A DNA stretch of 64,000 nt from an uncultured Chloroflexia bacterium (GTDB lineage: Bacteria > Chloroflexota > Dehalococcoidia > GIF9 > UBA5629). Of this stretch, positions 22,981 to 33,251 are shown in pieces. A program made the translations under genes and the position numbers. The stretch spans positions 284,623-348,622 of the forward strand of contig CAWJIA010000012.1 in the NCBI GenBank assembly GCA_963842805.1, written 5' to 3'. Position 1 is the first letter of the stretch. Every line of letters begins with the position of its first letter. The notes under the pieces were generated by a model. It ran no database searches, was not told where the DNA came from, and was given only the letters and a program-made list of their open reading frames with translations.

Positions 22981-25900
22981 TTAATTCAACTGTTGTGCTA
23001 CAGCAACATCGATTTCGTCAAGCAGAGCTTTCAGAATAGTCCGCCAATTTTCTCCCGCTATATCCATGTCGATCTTAATTTGCCTATTTCCGATTTTAAA
23101 CGCCCTGCTTTTGGTCACATGTGAGAGCCGGCCGTCGGCCACAGCCTGATTATTGAATGAAATGGTAATATTATCCTCGTTCATACTGACGGATTCTACA
23201 CCAGCACACATGGCTGCTTGCTTGAGTTGGGCAATATATAATAGGTTCACGACCTCTTCCGGCTGTTCGCCGAACCTGTCGACCATCTCCTCACCAATGT
23301 CACGAATAGTGTCTGGAGAAATTGTTTTAGCCAGCCGCTGATAGATATTAAACCTGGTGCGTGTCTCACCGATGTAGTCTTGGGGGATGTAAGCCGGCAG
23401 CGCCAGCTCGATCGATACGGTCGGTTCCTCGGTTTTCTTCACTACCTCACGCCCCTCCCTCTTAGCTTTGATTTCTTCGACCGCTTCAGCTAAAAGCTGG
23501 CTGTAGTAGTTAAATCCAACAGCCGCAATGTTACCGCTTTGCTCTACACCCAGCAGGTTGCCCGCCCCCCTTATTTCAAGGTCCTTCATGGCTATGGCAA
23601 AGCCCACCCCGAGTTCAGTGGCACGGGCAATCGTCTTCAAGCGCTCCCTGGCTTGCTCCGTCATCATTCTGCCCGGATCGAATAAAAAGTAGGCGCTGGC
23701 TGCATTGGCGCCCCTTCCGACCCTGCCGCGCAACTGGTAAAGCTGTGTCAATCCCATCTTATCGGCGCCATCCACAATCAGAGTATTGACATTGGGCATA
23801 TCCAAACCGGATTCGATTATAGTCGTGGTAACCAGTACATCGCTTTTGCTGTCCACAAAATCACTCATAACACGCTGGAGTTTCTCTTCATCCATCTGCC
23901 CGTGTGCCACTGAAATTCTGGCTTCAGGCACCAGCCTGGCTATCTTGACGGCCAGCTCATTTATACTGTGCACCCGGTTGTGTACGAGAAATACTTGACC
24001 TTCACGTTCCAGTTCACGCAGCACGACTTCACGAACCAACCTGTCATTGAACTCGCCCGCATAAATATTAACCGGCATTCGGTTTTCGGGCGGTGTCTCA
24101 ATCGTGCTCATATCCCGGATGCCTGACAACGCCATGTGCATCGTGCGGGGGATAGGAGTGGCGCTGAGGGTCAGCACGTCTACTGACCGCCTCATCTTCT
24201 TGAAATGCTCTTTATGAGCGACCCCGAAGCGCTGCTCTTCATCGATAATGACCAGGCCTAAATCTTTGAAAACAACATCCTTTTGCAGCAGCCTGTGCGT
24301 TCCTATACATATATCTATTGTCCCTTCTTTGATTCCTGCAATAACGTCCATTTGTTCCCTGTGAGTACAAAAACGGCTCAGTGCAGCAGCTTTGACGGGA
24401 AAAGCCTTCAACCTTTCGGTGAAGGTATTTAAATGCTGCTGCGCCAGGATAGTGGTCGGCACAAGGACGGCAACCTGCTTGCCATCCATTACCGCCTTGA
24501 AGGCAGCCCGCACAGCGACCTCGGTCTTGCCATAGCCCACATCACCGCATACCAGACGATCCATAGGTTTCAAAGACTCCATATCAGCTTTAACCGACTT
24601 CAGGGCATCGATCTGGTCGGTCGTTTCAACATAGGGAAAAGATGCTTCGAGTTCTTGCTGCCAGAGCGTGTCGGGTGAAAATTTCAATCCGCCTCCCGCT
24701 TCTCTGGTGGCATAAAGTTCGATCAGCTCACCAGCTACATCGGCAACTGATTCCTTGACCTTCTGTCGAGCCCTGTTCCATTCCTGGGACCCAAGACGGC
24801 TGAGAGATGGGGTCCGTTCTCCTCCCCCTATATAGAGGCTCACACGAGCCACTTGATCTACCGGAACGTAAAGAGTGTCACCACCAGCATATTCAAACAT
24901 CAGGTATTCCTTCTCAACGCCAGTGCTGACTCGCATGGTTACCCCTGCAAATCTTCCGATCCCATGTTCGATATGAACGACCAGGTCTCCTATATTAATA
25001 TCACTCAATAACAGGTGGTGCGGTACGGGCCGAGATTTAACCGCCCTGCGCTGCTTTACGATCCCGAACAGTTCCCTGTCGGTCATCAAGAGAAACTCTT
25101 CGTCAAGCTGCCACCCTCCTCCGAGGGACCCATGTATAAGTGTTAGCGAACCTTCCAGCGGCGTCTCTGCAAGATAGATTGCGGGAGCAACCTCGATATT
25201 ATGCTCGACAAGAAGCTCTTTTAGCCGGTCAGACTGCTGGCTTACAATGATAACCCTCTTACTTTCACGTCTTAAATCGTTTAAGCGCTCTGCAAAAGCA
25301 GCGAACCTGGCTACAAAATCGGGCGCCGGTTTAATCGGTAGAGCGTAATCTTTACCGCTCAGTTCGACGTCATCCCAGACGCGGAGCCGGATAACCCGGT
25401 TAAGGGCTTCTATCCTGGCCGCTATCTCTTCCCAGACAAAATAGGCTGTCGCCCCACCAGCTTCGCTGCTTTCATGATCGTCGGAGGACTTCAAATCGCG
25501 GGCTTCTTCTTCAATTCTCCTTATCTCTTTTTCAATCTGCTGGGGATCGTCAAGAATCAAAATGGCCTTCTCTGGCAGATAATCCAGAATATTGGCATTA
25601 CCTGATGCAGAAACATCCTGTGAAGGCAATATGGTTACCGATGCAAGTTGCGCCTGCGAGCGCTGCGTCCTGGGATCGTATTCTCTGATGCTGTCCACTT
25701 CATTGCCGAAGAGCTCAATGCGCACTGGCATTTCACGGCCTGCAGGGTAGACATCCACGATGCCACCCCGTTTTAAAAAAGTGCCGGGTATCTCAACCAC
25801 TTCTTCATATTTGTAGCCAATGGACTGCAGACGCTCAAGCAACTCTGCCTGACGTACACGGCTGCCCTTTTCCAACGCAAGGTGACCTGATTGAATCTCA

Positions 25901-26337
25901 TCTTTTCCGGCAGACTTGACGGCCAGCGCCAGCGCGCTGGTAACTACAAATGGGCTCTTGCTGTTATCACCTTCGCTGCCATAACCAGAAAGAAGGGCCA
26001 ACACTTTCATGCGATCCGAAGTTATTACAGGATCTAATGCAGATGTTCCACCCAGTAAACCGATTTCAGGGAAAAAGCTTGCGGCGCTCTCAGTCGGTAA
26101 CCAGAGCTTCGTCTGTTCGCAGATCCTGGCCGCCGAATCGGGATGGGCGGTAACCAGCAACACGGGCATGCCAAGCGTGTTGTAAATTGAAGCGGCAAAA
26201 TAGCTGTATGCCTGCTCAGGCAGGCGCAGGGTGAGCCTGCTCCGCGCATCTTTTTGCAGCTGGTCTGAGATACGCTTGAAGTCCGGCAGCTTTTGAATTA
26301 TATTGCTTAAGTAATATAAGTTCACAGTCAAACACAT
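22981..26337 (-). CDS. mfd: Transcription-repair coupling factor Mfd
   Basis: 1118 aa. Domain order is UvrB-homology N-terminus, RNAP-interaction domain, then an SF2 translocase (DEAD-box-like [18 protein letters not shown]) and a TRCF C-terminal domain. Confidence 0.9.
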   Translation of the reverse strand: MCLTVNLYYLSNIIQKLPDFKRISDQLQKDARSRLTLRLPEQAYSYFAASIYNTLGMPVLLVTAHPDSAARICEQTKLWLPTESAASFFPEIGLLGGTSALDPVITSDRMKVLALLSGYGSEGDNSKSPFVVTSALALAVKSAGKDEIQSGHLALEKGSRVRQAELLERLQSIGYKYEEVVEIPGTFLKRGGIVDVYPAGREMPVRIELFGNEVDSIREYDPRTQRSQAQLASVTILPSQDVSASGNANILDYLPEKAILILDDPQQIEKEIRRIEEEARDLKSSDDHESSEAGGATAYFVWEEIAARIEALNRVIRLRVWDDVELSGKDYALPIKPAPDFVARFAAFAERLNDLRRESKRVIIVSQQSDRLKELLVEHNIEVAPAIYLAETPLEGSLTLIHGSLGGGWQLDEEFLLMTDRELFGIVKQRRAVKSRPVPHHLLLSDINIGDLVVHIEHGIGRFAGVTMRVSTGVEKEYLMFEYAGGDTLYVPVDQVARVSLYIGGGERTPSLSRLGSQEWNRARQKVKESVADVAGELIELYATREAGGGLKFSPDTLWQQELEASFPYVETTDQIDALKSVKADMESLKPMDRLVCGDVGYGKTEVAVRAAFKAVMDGKQVAVLVPTTILAQQHLNTFTERLKAFPVKAAALSRFCTHREQMDVIAGIKEGTIDICIGTHRLLQKDVVFKDLGLVIIDEEQRFGVAHKEHFKKMRRSVDVLTLSATPIPRTMHMALSGIRDMSTIETPPENRMPVNIYAGEFNDRLVREVVLRELEREGQVFLVHNRVHSINELAVKIARLVPEARISVAHGQMDEEKLQRVMSDFVDSKSDVLVTTTIIESGLDMPNVNTLIVDGADKMGLTQLYQLRGRVGRGANAASAYFLFDPGRMMTEQARERLKTIARATELGVGFAIAMKDLEIRGAGNLLGVEQSGNIAAVGFNYYSQLLAEAVEEIKAKREGREVVKKTEEPTVSIELALPAYIPQDYIGETRTRFNIYQRLAKTISPDTIRDIGEEMVDRFGEQPEEVVNLLYIAQLKQAAMCAGVESVSMNEDNITISFNNQAVADGRLSHVTKSRAFKIGNRQIKIDMDIAGENWRTILKALLDEIDVAVAQQLN

Positions 26338-26505
26338 ACGGGGCTGTCCCCAACCGGGACAGCCCTCGATACGATTTTAGCATAGCTTTTACAGGGTAAC
26401 AAAGGGAGAAAAGTCGGTTTTTTGCGTGCCGGTTTGAGTTAAAACACGGATTCGTATATTATTTGCTGGACTCCGCATGCATTATCAGGAATAAAAGAAA
26501 GTTCG

Positions 26506-27015
26506 ATGAACTGTCTGGATAAAGGTATAACGGATAAGAGACTCAGCGACGGGTTAAAACTTCTCATAAGCCTAACCGTCTGTATAGGGGCTGGGCTGAT
26601 AGGATCTCTTTTCACGCGCGGATCGATCCCCACCTGGTATTCGCTGCTGCAAAAGCCATCCTTTACTCCTCCCTCGTGGTTGTTCGCGCCTGTCTGGTTC
26701 TTGCTATATATACTTATGGGAATTTCTGCGTTCCTTATCTGGCGCAAAGGTTTCCGGCAGTTCCAGGTCAGGGAAAGCATAATAATCTTCACAGTCCAAT
26801 TATTTCTAAATGCTCTGTGGTCTTACGCCTTCTTCGGTTTAAAATCACCGCTGATAGGACTTCTGGTAATTGTGCCCTTGTGGACGGCCATCCTTCTGAC
26901 CATGCTTAATTTCTACAAGGTCTCAAAAACTGCATCATTGCTGCTGATCCCCTATATTCTATGGGTAAGTTACGCTACCGTGCTCAACTTCTGGTTCTAT
27001 CTGTTGAATCCCTGA
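26506..27015 (+). CDS. tspO: TspO/MBR family tryptophan-rich sensory protein
   Basis: 169 aa with five TM helices and the characteristic Trp-rich motifs (PSWLFAPVWFLLYILMG, WSYAFF). Confidence 0.8.
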   Translation: MNCLDKGITDKRLSDGLKLLISLTVCIGAGLIGSLFTRGSIPTWYSLLQKPSFTPPSWLFAPVWFLLYILMGISAFLIWRKGFRQFQVRESIIIFTVQLFLNALWSYAFFGLKSPLIGLLVIVPLWTAILLTMLNFYKVSKTASLLLIPYILWVSYATVLNFWFYLLNP

Positions 27016-27034
27016 TATTAGGGAGCGGACGCTT

Positions 27035-27274
27035 ATGAAAATCGGCGTTTGTGGAATAGCTTGTGAAAAATGTCCCAGGGTGACCAAAGGCAGTTGTCCC
27101 AACGGAGAAACAGGTTGCATACCAAGGGAAAATCCTTTCTGCAAAATAGCTTCCTGCGCCTTCGTTAAGAATTTCAGGCTCTGCTTCGAATGCTCTGATT
27201 TTCCCTGTGAAGTGACCAAAACGGGACCTGTTAGCTACGGGTACTGCACTTATCTCGCTGGTAAAGATGCTTAG
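27035..27274 (+). CDS. Small cysteine-rich protein (DUF3795-like)
   Basis: 79 aa with 11 Cys. The N-terminal CGIACEKC (CxxxCxxC) is followed by further Cys pairs. A paralogue lies at 47449..47883. Confidence 0.5.
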   Translation: MKIGVCGIACEKCPRVTKGSCPNGETGCIPRENPFCKIASCAFVKNFRLCFECSDFPCEVTKTGPVSYGYCTYLAGKDA

Positions 27275-28138
27275 ATGGTCAAGTTAAAGGACTACCTGCC
27301 CCAAATTGAGGACCTGATCGATAGGGCCCTCGAAGAAGACCTGGCCGCAGGCGACATCACCACAGATTCGTTAATTCCGCCGCACGCCAAGGGCAAAGCA
27401 AGCTTAATATCCAAGTCTACAGGGATACTGACAGGCATCGAAATGGCCGGCATGGTATTTCTCAAAGTAGACCCCTTTTTAAAATTCTCAGTACTTATTG
27501 CTGACGGAGCTGCCGTAAAACCGAACGATGTCCTGGCTACCGTTTCAGGGAATATCGCCTATATATTGAAGGCCGAAAGGACCGCTTTGAACTTCCTTCA
27601 GCATCTCAGCGGTGTTGCCACGCTGACAGCCCGGTATGTTGAACTGGTAAAAGGGTTGCCGGTGAAAATCCTGGACACCCGAAAAACCGTTCCGGGCCTG
27701 AGGACCCTCGAAAAGTACGCTGTCTCGGTGGGCGGCGGTACTAATCATCGCCTGGGCCTGGGCGATCTGGTATTGATCAAGGATAACCACATAGCCATTC
27801 TTCATAAACGCGGCCTGGATATCAAAGAGATCATCCGGCAATCGCACAGAAAAGTAACCCCAGATATCAAGGTTGAAATAGAGACCACCAATCCCGAGGA
27901 TGCCGTGGCAGCAGCCAACGCTGGTGCAGACATCGTAATGCTGGATAATATGAGTTTGGATGATATGCATAGAGCCGTAGAACTGGTAAATCATAAAGCA
28001 ATCCTGGAAGCCTCGGGAGGCGTAAACCTCGATACGGTACGTGCAATTGCGGAAACGGGAGTGGACTGGATTTCGGTGGGGGCACTGACACATTCCGCCC
28101 GGGCACTGGACATCAGCCTCGAATTAGTTGAGTTTTAA
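27275..28138 (+). CDS. nadC: Nicotinate-nucleotide pyrophosphorylase (quinolinate phosphoribosyltransferase)
   Basis: 287 aa. Conserved QPRTase blocks are present (LDTRKT, LIKDNH, MLDNMS). Confidence 0.9.
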   Translation: MVKLKDYLPQIEDLIDRALEEDLAAGDITTDSLIPPHAKGKASLISKSTGILTGIEMAGMVFLKVDPFLKFSVLIADGAAVKPNDVLATVSGNIAYILKAERTALNFLQHLSGVATLTARYVELVKGLPVKILDTRKTVPGLRTLEKYAVSVGGGTNHRLGLGDLVLIKDNHIAILHKRGLDIKEIIRQSHRKVTPDIKVEIETTNPEDAVAAANAGADIVMLDNMSLDDMHRAVELVNHKAILEASGGVNLDTVRAIAETGVDWISVGALTHSARALDISLELVEF

Positions 28139-28184
28139 GCTACAAAGTATAAGAGCAGCGACTATTTTACTATTTTGTTTATCT

Positions 28185-29024
28185 TCAGTGTTCATGCTTG
28201 TGCTCATGTAAGTGCAGATGGCGGTGCACAAGGTCTTTATGCCTGTGCGAATGTTCATGGACAAGGTTGTTGCGCAGAAGAAAATCAGAATCAGAGAGGA
28301 ACTCTTCCGGCTTTCCGTCAACTACAATATGATGGCCGGCTCCCATAACTATTATGCGGGTAGCAACCTCTTCTACCACGTCTAAATCCTGCGTGCTGAA
28401 GACCAGTGTCTTATCTTTGTCCGCCCACTGCAACAGGAAATCAATAAGATTTCCCTGGCTCCAGGGGTCAAGGCCTGTAGTTGGCTCATCGAGCAGCAAC
28501 ACTTGAGGACGCAACGATAATACGGAGGCCAGTGACACCTTCTTTTTCTCGCCACCAGATAACAGATAGGGAGGGCGCTCTTTAAGGCTGCTTATATCCA
28601 GCAGTTCCAGTGCTTCATTGGCCCTGGATATCACTTTATCCTTAGGAATGCCCAGCTGCAGAGGGCCAAAGGTTACTTCGTCCCAGACTGTCGGGGAGAA
28701 GAGTTGAACATCGGGGTCCTGGAATACCAGCCCGACGCGGCGGCGAAATCCGGCAGCCATATCTCCGGTTTCCAATACCTTCTCAGATAGATTCACCCCG
28801 AACGCCAGCAACTCGCCGGAAGTGGGAAATAGCAGCCCGTCAAGAAGTTTGAGCAGAGTGCTCTTACCGGAACCATTGGCCCCCACCATGGCCACAAGCT
28901 CGCCCGCCCCAATATCAAAGCATATTTCCCTTAAAGCTGCAATACCCCCGGGATAATCATAGTCCAGGTTCTTCGCCCTATAGATAAAGGTACTATCCAC
29001 TGAACTCACAGGTAAATACCCCAT
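28185..29024 (-). CDS. cbiO: ECF transporter ATPase (CbiO/NikO-like) with histidine-rich C-terminal tail
   Basis: Walker A GANGSGKST, the ABC signature LSGGEKKKVSLA and Walker B LLLLDEP are all present. The C-terminus is His-rich: HEHSHRHKDLVHRHLHLHEHKHEH. Confidence 0.85.
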   Translation of the reverse strand: MGYLPVSSVDSTFIYRAKNLDYDYPGGIAALREICFDIGAGELVAMVGANGSGKSTLLKLLDGLLFPTSGELLAFGVNLSEKVLETGDMAAGFRRRVGLVFQDPDVQLFSPTVWDEVTFGPLQLGIPKDKVISRANEALELLDISSLKERPPYLLSGGEKKKVSLASVLSLRPQVLLLDEPTTGLDPWSQGNLIDFLLQWADKDKTLVFSTQDLDVVEEVATRIIVMGAGHHIVVDGKPEEFLSDSDFLLRNNLVHEHSHRHKDLVHRHLHLHEHKHEH

Positions 29025-29824
29025 AACGCAAATGATATGGCAGCGAGGCTAAAAGCCATCCAGATAAAGTCCCGACCCCTTAAACTAAGTTCGGTTAAGA
29101 CACGTATTTCGCCCTGGTAACCCCGTGACAGCATGGCCAGGTAGACCTCCTCGCTCAAATATTGTGATTTGACCAAGGTTGTAGCCAGGGCCCGCCCCAG
29201 CCACCACCTGTTTTCCGCTCCAGAGAAGCCGCCTATAGTACGGCTCTGCCTTGCCAGGAACATGGAGTTGGCGGTATGCAGCAACAGGAATATATAGCGA
29301 TAAGTCATTCCCAGGACATCCACTATTAGCGACGGCAAACGAAGGCAGCGCAAGGCCACCAGGAATTTTGTCCAGGGCGTGGTAAAAATTAGAAGCAAGC
29401 CCAGGGAGAGGGAATCAACAACCCTCATAATGAGGAGCCCTGCGGTACGCGCCCCCTGTACAGTGATCACGGCCTTGCCGGCTATGGATACGAGCGGAGC
29501 ACCCGGTGTAATAAAAAGTGCCGGGATGGCAATCACAGCAGTAAATATCGGCATGAATATTAATAGCCGTTTGAGAAAAAATGCCATCGGTATTTTTGAT
29601 AACAGGACCAAAACCAGGGACAGGATAAAAAAGACTATTAAGATGGGGAAATCCTGTGCCATCCCGACAAGGATAATAAAGAGCATTAAAGTTACCACTT
29701 TTATCCTTGGATCAAGGCCCTGCATTAATCCAGGGGCGTGGCAGAGATCTTCAGTTACAACTATCGATTCCAAAGCTTGCGTAAAGCCGGCGATATTCCT
29801 GGCGAGAAAACCTCCACCGGTCAC
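29006..29824 (-). CDS. cbiQ: ECF transporter transmembrane T component (CbiQ)
   Basis: 272 aa, polytopic. Its coding sequence overlaps cbiO and cbiM(N), as coupled genes in one operon do. Confidence 0.8.
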   Translation of the reverse strand: MTGGGFLARNIAGFTQALESIVVTEDLCHAPGLMQGLDPRIKVVTLMLFIILVGMAQDFPILIVFFILSLVLVLLSKIPMAFFLKRLLIFMPIFTAVIAIPALFITPGAPLVSIAGKAVITVQGARTAGLLIMRVVDSLSLGLLLIFTTPWTKFLVALRCLRLPSLIVDVLGMTYRYIFLLLHTANSMFLARQSRTIGGFSGAENRWWLGRALATTLVKSQYLSEEVYLAMLSRGYQGEIRVLTELSLRGRDFIWMAFSLAAISFALWGIYL

Positions 29825-30852
29825 GCCTCAGATACCCCCTTGGAAGCCGGGTTTTGTTTGGCTATATTCTTGCGGCTGATCCAGCGGCCCAGTAACCAGA
29901 GCAGCAAGCCCACAATGACAATGCCGACCAGAGCTGAGATAATATATCCCACGATATCCCCTGTCCCCGGAACAGTATAGTCCGGCAGCGGAGCATGCCA
30001 GAGTTCCGACATACTAGCCAGGCCCTGCGGTATATATCCTAAGATCTCCTTTAGCTCATCTGCTCCCCATTCGGCCCAGGCTGTTCCAGCGGCCAGCAAC
30101 CCCAGAGGGGTGGCAAATGCCAGAACTACCAATGCCCCTGCCCAAACGAACCACAGCTTGCCCTCGCTCTTTTGCGAAGCTTCCCTGCTGAGCAGAGCGA
30201 CGTGAGACTTTTGCAAATAGAAGAAGACCAGTCCGGTCACAATGGCTTCAACGGGGCCGGCTATAGCCAGATGGCCGATTGCCATGGCAGGTATAGCCAC
30301 GTTCAGACCGTAAGGAGCATACAGGGGAGTGCCGTCCGCCGTGTGAAATAGGAGCGGCTGAATACCGAGCTCAAGTCCTGCCACTAAAGAAGCGGCGATT
30401 ATACTTAAATAGCTGCCGACGATGGCGCCCACCAGCCGGCGTGTGGAGTTAACATCCGAATTGCCGCTTATCACCTTATATATAAAATAGCCGACCATGG
30501 GTAAAACCACGGCCATATTGAAACAGTTAGCGCCGAAACTTGTCAGGCCGCCGTCCCCGAATAATAAAGCCTGGATGGCCAGCACAACCGACACGCTCAA
30601 TACCGCCGCCCACGGGCCAAGCACTATCGCTACCAGTGTTCCGCCTACAGCATGACCGGTGGTGCCTCCGGGCAAAGGAACATTAAACATCATTAATATA
30701 AAGGAAAAGGCAGAGAACATGGCCAGCGCCGGAACAGTCCGGTGAGTCAGGACCTTACGCACACGTTGAACGGCTACATACCCAAAAGGTGCCGAGATAA
30801 CGTACATGGTCCCGCACGTGGCAGGGCTGAGGTAACCATCGGGTATATGCAT
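29821..30852 (-). CDS. cbiM: ECF transporter substrate-capture component, fused CbiM-CbiN (NikMN-like)
   Basis: The N-terminus MHIPDGYL is the CbiM/NikM signature. At 343 aa it is longer than CbiM alone, and the extra C-terminal TM domain is consistent with an M-N fusion. Confidence 0.8.
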   Translation of the reverse strand: MHIPDGYLSPATCGTMYVISAPFGYVAVQRVRKVLTHRTVPALAMFSAFSFILMMFNVPLPGGTTGHAVGGTLVAIVLGPWAAVLSVSVVLAIQALLFGDGGLTSFGANCFNMAVVLPMVGYFIYKVISGNSDVNSTRRLVGAIVGSYLSIIAASLVAGLELGIQPLLFHTADGTPLYAPYGLNVAIPAMAIGHLAIAGPVEAIVTGLVFFYLQKSHVALLSREASQKSEGKLWFVWAGALVVLAFATPLGLLAAGTAWAEWGADELKEILGYIPQGLASMSELWHAPLPDYTVPGTGDIVGYIISALVGIVIVGLLLWLLGRWISRKNIAKQNPASKGVSEA

Positions 30853-30876
30853 GGGGATCCTCCTGGTGGTTTTAAA

Positions 30877-31341
30877 TTAGATTTTTTTCTGGCACTTCGA
30901 ACACAGCCCGAAAATAGCGAGGTGATTGATATCGGCTTTAAACCCGTGATTCTTAATCAGAGACCGCTTCAGCGGCTCAAGGTCGGATTCCGGCAGATCG
31001 AACATGCTGCCGCATTTGGTACAGACCAGATGGTGATGCCTGCTGTTTTCCCTGGCATGGTAACGCACTACGCCGTCACCCATGCTTATTTCGGCAGCCA
31101 ATCCGAGCTCTTTCAGCAACTCAAGCGTGCGGTAGACTGTGGAAATATTGGCATAGGGGTATTTCTCTCGAACACGCTCGAAAATCTCTTCGGCGCTGAT
31201 ATGGCGTTTGGCCCCATGGAGCGCATCCACTACCATGATGCGCTGCGGTGTAAGCCGGTACCCTTTCTCTAATAAAGCTTTTGTGCAACTCATAATGCAA
31301 CTATTATGGCAGAGAAAAGATGTAATTGCAATTAGTCGCAA
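30877..31341 (-). CDS. Fur-family metalloregulator (candidate Ni/Co/Zn-responsive regulator of the adjacent ECF transporter)
   Basis: 154 aa with a winged-helix N-terminus and a HHH...C..C metal-site pattern (HHHLVCTKCG ... CSKCQ). It lies directly upstream of cbiMNQO on the same strand. Confidence 0.75.
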   Translation of the reverse strand: MRLIAITSFLCHNSCIMSCTKALLEKGYRLTPQRIMVVDALHGAKRHISAEEIFERVREKYPYANISTVYRTLELLKELGLAAEISMGDGVVRYHARENSRHHHLVCTKCGSMFDLPESDLEPLKRSLIKNHGFKADINHLAIFGLCSKCQKKI

Positions 31342-31355
31342 TTGATAGTGGTTGC

Positions 31356-31811
31356 TTATGCAGCCAGTTTGTCTTTACTGTCCAGCAGTATGGTAACCGG
31401 GCCGTCATTGAGAATTTTTACCAGCATATGGGCGCCGAAGCTACCTGTTTCAACCTTGAGCCCGGATTCGCTAACCTTATTAATAAAATAGTTGTAAAGA
31501 GATTCGGCCCTATCGAGCAGCGCTGCCGAAGCAAAGCTGGGGCGGCGGCCTTTTTTGGTATCCGCCAGCAGCGTAAACTGGCTTATGACCAGCAGCCCGG
31601 CCTTGACCTGGAGCGCAGACAGGTTAAATTTACTTTTGGCATCGCTGAAAACTCTCAGGTTCACAATCTTATCCGCAAGGTAATCGGCATCTTTTTCCGA
31701 ATCGTCCGCAGCTACACCCAGGAGGACCACAAACCCAGGCCCTATCCCGCCCAATTCCTTGCCATCCACCGTGACGGTTGCCTCTGTTACCCTTTGCAAT
31801 AGCGCTTTCAC
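31356..31811 (-). CDS. dtd: D-aminoacyl-tRNA deacylase
   Basis: VKALLQRVTEATVTVDG...GPGFVVLLGV and the SQFTL motif identify Dtd. The likely start is a GTG at 31811, preceded by GGAGG. The ORF-track N-terminal extension is probably not translated. Confidence 0.85.
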   Translation of the reverse strand: MKALLQRVTEATVTVDGKELGGIGPGFVVLLGVAADDSEKDADYLADKIVNLRVFSDAKSKFNLSALQVKAGLLVISQFTLLADTKKGRRPSFASAALLDRAESLYNYFINKVSESGLKVETGSFGAHMLVKILNDGPVTILLDSKDKLAA

Positions 31812-32012
31812 AATATTCCTCCAGCAATTCTGCCGGCAATATTGTAGTAAATCGGATGATTGTAAACAAAAGTTGATGGTGCTAATATTATCGGGCTCAA
31901 AGCACCGGCTTATAAATCCCATCAGGGGTTAGCTATTCGTATTTCATCTGATTGACACCCCAGGAGGCTTGGGCTACAATCACATTTAAGCCGTCTGCTC
32001 TGGAGATCTCTT

Positions 32013-32798
32013 ATGAAAGAAATGCAAATCGACAGCATACGGGTCAGCCTGATGAATTACCAACACGTGGTAATCCTCAAGGAAAGGCAAACCGACCGCT
32101 ATCTTCCCATCTGGATAGGTCCCGCCGAGGCGGATGCCATTTCCATGAAGCTTCAGAACGTAGATGTATCTAGGCCGATGACGCATGACCTGCTGAAAAA
32201 TACTATTTTTGCTCTCGAGTCTCTATCCGGCACGACCATCAACAGGATCGTGGTCAACGACCTGCGCTCCGACACCTTTTATGCCCAGATTGTATTCGAG
32301 TTCAACGAAGGCCCCCCGGTGATTGAAATTGAAGCCCAGGGAGGCGGCAATAAGGTACGTGACTTCGAGAACGATTCCAGGCTTTCGCTCACATGGCAGG
32401 GTCGGGAGTTTAAATCCACAATTGTGCGCAAATGGGTGGACGCCAAGAAGCACTTCATGGAAGTTGACGGTGGTGAAGGGTGGATGTTTGAAGTCTTCTA
32501 CGACGAGCATAACAAACGCTGGCTGCTAACTAAAATGAAGCTGGATTCACGCCCGAGCGATGCCATAGCTCTGGCAGTCAGGGTAACGGCGCCCATTTAT
32601 GCCGAAGAATCAGTCCTGGATAAGGCCGGCATCATCCTCGATGCAGAAACCGGTAAAATTTCGCCGCAGACCAAGCCTGACGTGGCTAACGCCGCGCAGC
32701 AGGAGCAGGTTGACGAGCAGGAATTGAAGAAGCTTTCCGCTTTCTATGATTTCATCAACGGACTCGATCTCGATGATTTCGGCAAGAAAAAGGGTTAG
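32013..32798 (+). CDS. Bifunctional nuclease (BFN/DUF151) domain protein with C-terminal extension
   Basis: The N-terminal block MQIDSIRVSLMNYQHVVILKE...LPIWIGPAEADAI is the BFN-domain signature. Confidence 0.6.
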   Translation: MKEMQIDSIRVSLMNYQHVVILKERQTDRYLPIWIGPAEADAISMKLQNVDVSRPMTHDLLKNTIFALESLSGTTINRIVVNDLRSDTFYAQIVFEFNEGPPVIEIEAQGGGNKVRDFENDSRLSLTWQGREFKSTIVRKWVDAKKHFMEVDGGEGWMFEVFYDEHNKRWLLTKMKLDSRPSDAIALAVRVTAPIYAEESVLDKAGIILDAETGKISPQTKPDVANAAQQEQVDEQELKKLSAFYDFINGLDLDDFGKKKG

Positions 32799-32948
32799 AC
32801 CTTGAATTCCTGAAATAAGTTGACCTCTGCATGACTTTACAATTGTAAGCACCGGCATTGCTTAAAATGCGTAATTGCTAAGGCGTATTGGAACACCCTA
32901 AAAAATCAATGAAAATTCCGTTGACGGATAAAAGTTGGACTTGTTATA

Positions 32949-33251
32949 ATGCCTGTGCTTAGACAAGATAAGGAACAGAAATCAGAAAAAAGACAGCTGC
33001 TAAGAGGAATCTGGTTTCTTTTTAATGTAGGTTGGTACGTCGCACTTAGCCTGATTGTGCCAACGCTAATTGGTCTGTGGTTGGATGCTCCCGAGAGATT
33101 GAACAGCCGACCACTATGCACGTTAATAGGGTTTGTAACGGGAACCATGGTAGCGGGATATGGACTGTACCGTATGCTGCGCCAGTTAATAAAAGAGCAA
33201 AAAGACATGGACGCTAAAAAGAACTTGATAAAGGAGCAGGACAGTGAGTAA
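32949..33251 (+). CDS. ATP synthase accessory protein (AtpZ/AtpI-like small membrane protein)
   Basis: 100 aa with two TM helices. It sits immediately upstream of atpB and overlaps its start. Confidence 0.5.
   Translation: MPVLRQDKEQKSEKRQLLRGIWFLFNVGWYVALSLIVPTLIGLWLDAPERLNSRPLCTLIGFVTGTMVAGYGLYRMLRQLIKEQKDMDAKKNLIKEQDSE

Noticed and set aside
31812-31922. N-terminal 37-aa extension of the dtd ORF
   Set aside because: Conserved Dtd homology begins at VKALLQRV, with GTG 31811 preceded by GGAGG. The upstream extension has no similarity and is probably untranslated.
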